DNA of 64,000 nt, from positions 224,876,001-224,940,000 of the forward strand of contig NC_086097.1 in NCBI RefSeq assembly GCF_963921235.1, given 5' to 3'. The notes beneath the pieces were generated by a model. It made no database searches and was not told the origin of the DNA. It was given only the letters and a program-made list of their open reading frames with translations. Below, piece by piece: positions 63,605-64,000 of this stretch; within the stretch, counting starts at the first letter, position 1; each line of letters starts with the position of its first letter. The position numbers were made by a program, and so were the translations under genes. The DNA comes from Mobula hypostoma (taxonomy: Eukaryota).

Positions 63605-64000
63605 TGTCACCGGGTTTGGATATGGCCCATGCGGAGTGAGAGACACTGAAGTGGGTCGATAGTTCACAGACTTTAATGCGAACAGTGTTAAAAGGAAAAG
63701 AAAACAATAAATGCTAGGCCAAACTGGGCCGCTAACTAAACTTCTCAAAATGGAGAAATGAAGCTTACACTGCGGCTGAAAAAGAACAACTAAGATATAA
63801 AACAAATACCTCTAGTCTTCAGAGTCATTTGACTCGACAGTCCAATTTCTCAGGGAAGGCAGAATGCAAACAGGCAGTGAAGTCTTGCTGTGTCCTGTAC
63901 AAGTCTTGACAAGCACTATGATGACAAGTATGGAGTTAAATACTATCACAATGAAATAATTAGCTGACACGTGCATATTCACAAGCACAATTGCTGTATC
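63605..64000 (-). repeat. 5' LTR, cut by the window edge
   Basis: Starts TGTCACCGGGTTTGG, matching TGTCACTGGGTTTGG at 58659. Confidence 0.92.

Larger units (their letters stand above)
58659..64000 (-). mobile_element. Near full-length sushi-like chromoviral Ty3/Gypsy LTR retrotransposon (5' LTR runs off the window)
   Basis: Paired LTRs; gag ~62350-63480; IDSGAAGN protease; RT/RH ORF 60325-61899 (YLDD, NYDVGSQELLAV); integrase [18 protein letters not shown]; chromodomain [13 protein letters not shown]. Confidence 0.95.

Overview
Repeat-dominated, AT-rich eukaryotic DNA with no supportable host exon, so probably intronic or intergenic. The repeat mix (HE1/V-SINE-like SINEs, CR1/HER1-like LINEs, Penelope elements, Rex1-like tails) suggests a cartilaginous fish, probably a ray (inference). 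Almost all listed ORFs are transposon fragments or antisense noise. Main contents: many CR1-like LINE pieces; three internally deleted copies of one short-LTR Gypsy family; two chromodomain Gypsy elements, one near full length with a Tf1/sushi-type self-priming signature; a 5'-truncated Penelope-like element with a minimal hammerhead motif and a perfect fold-back derivative; hAT, Harbinger and Tc1 DNA transposons, one very close to Sleeping Beauty. The most notable feature is a decayed endogenous retrovirus (~47.0-52.6 kb) with a coiled-coil leader, CCHC Gag ending in YPEL, an in-frame gag-pol stop, foamy-like PR/RT/IN motifs and two RNase H domains, i.e. lokiretrovirus/spuma-like. All family assignments come from motif recognition by eye; no database search was run, and many boundaries are approximate.
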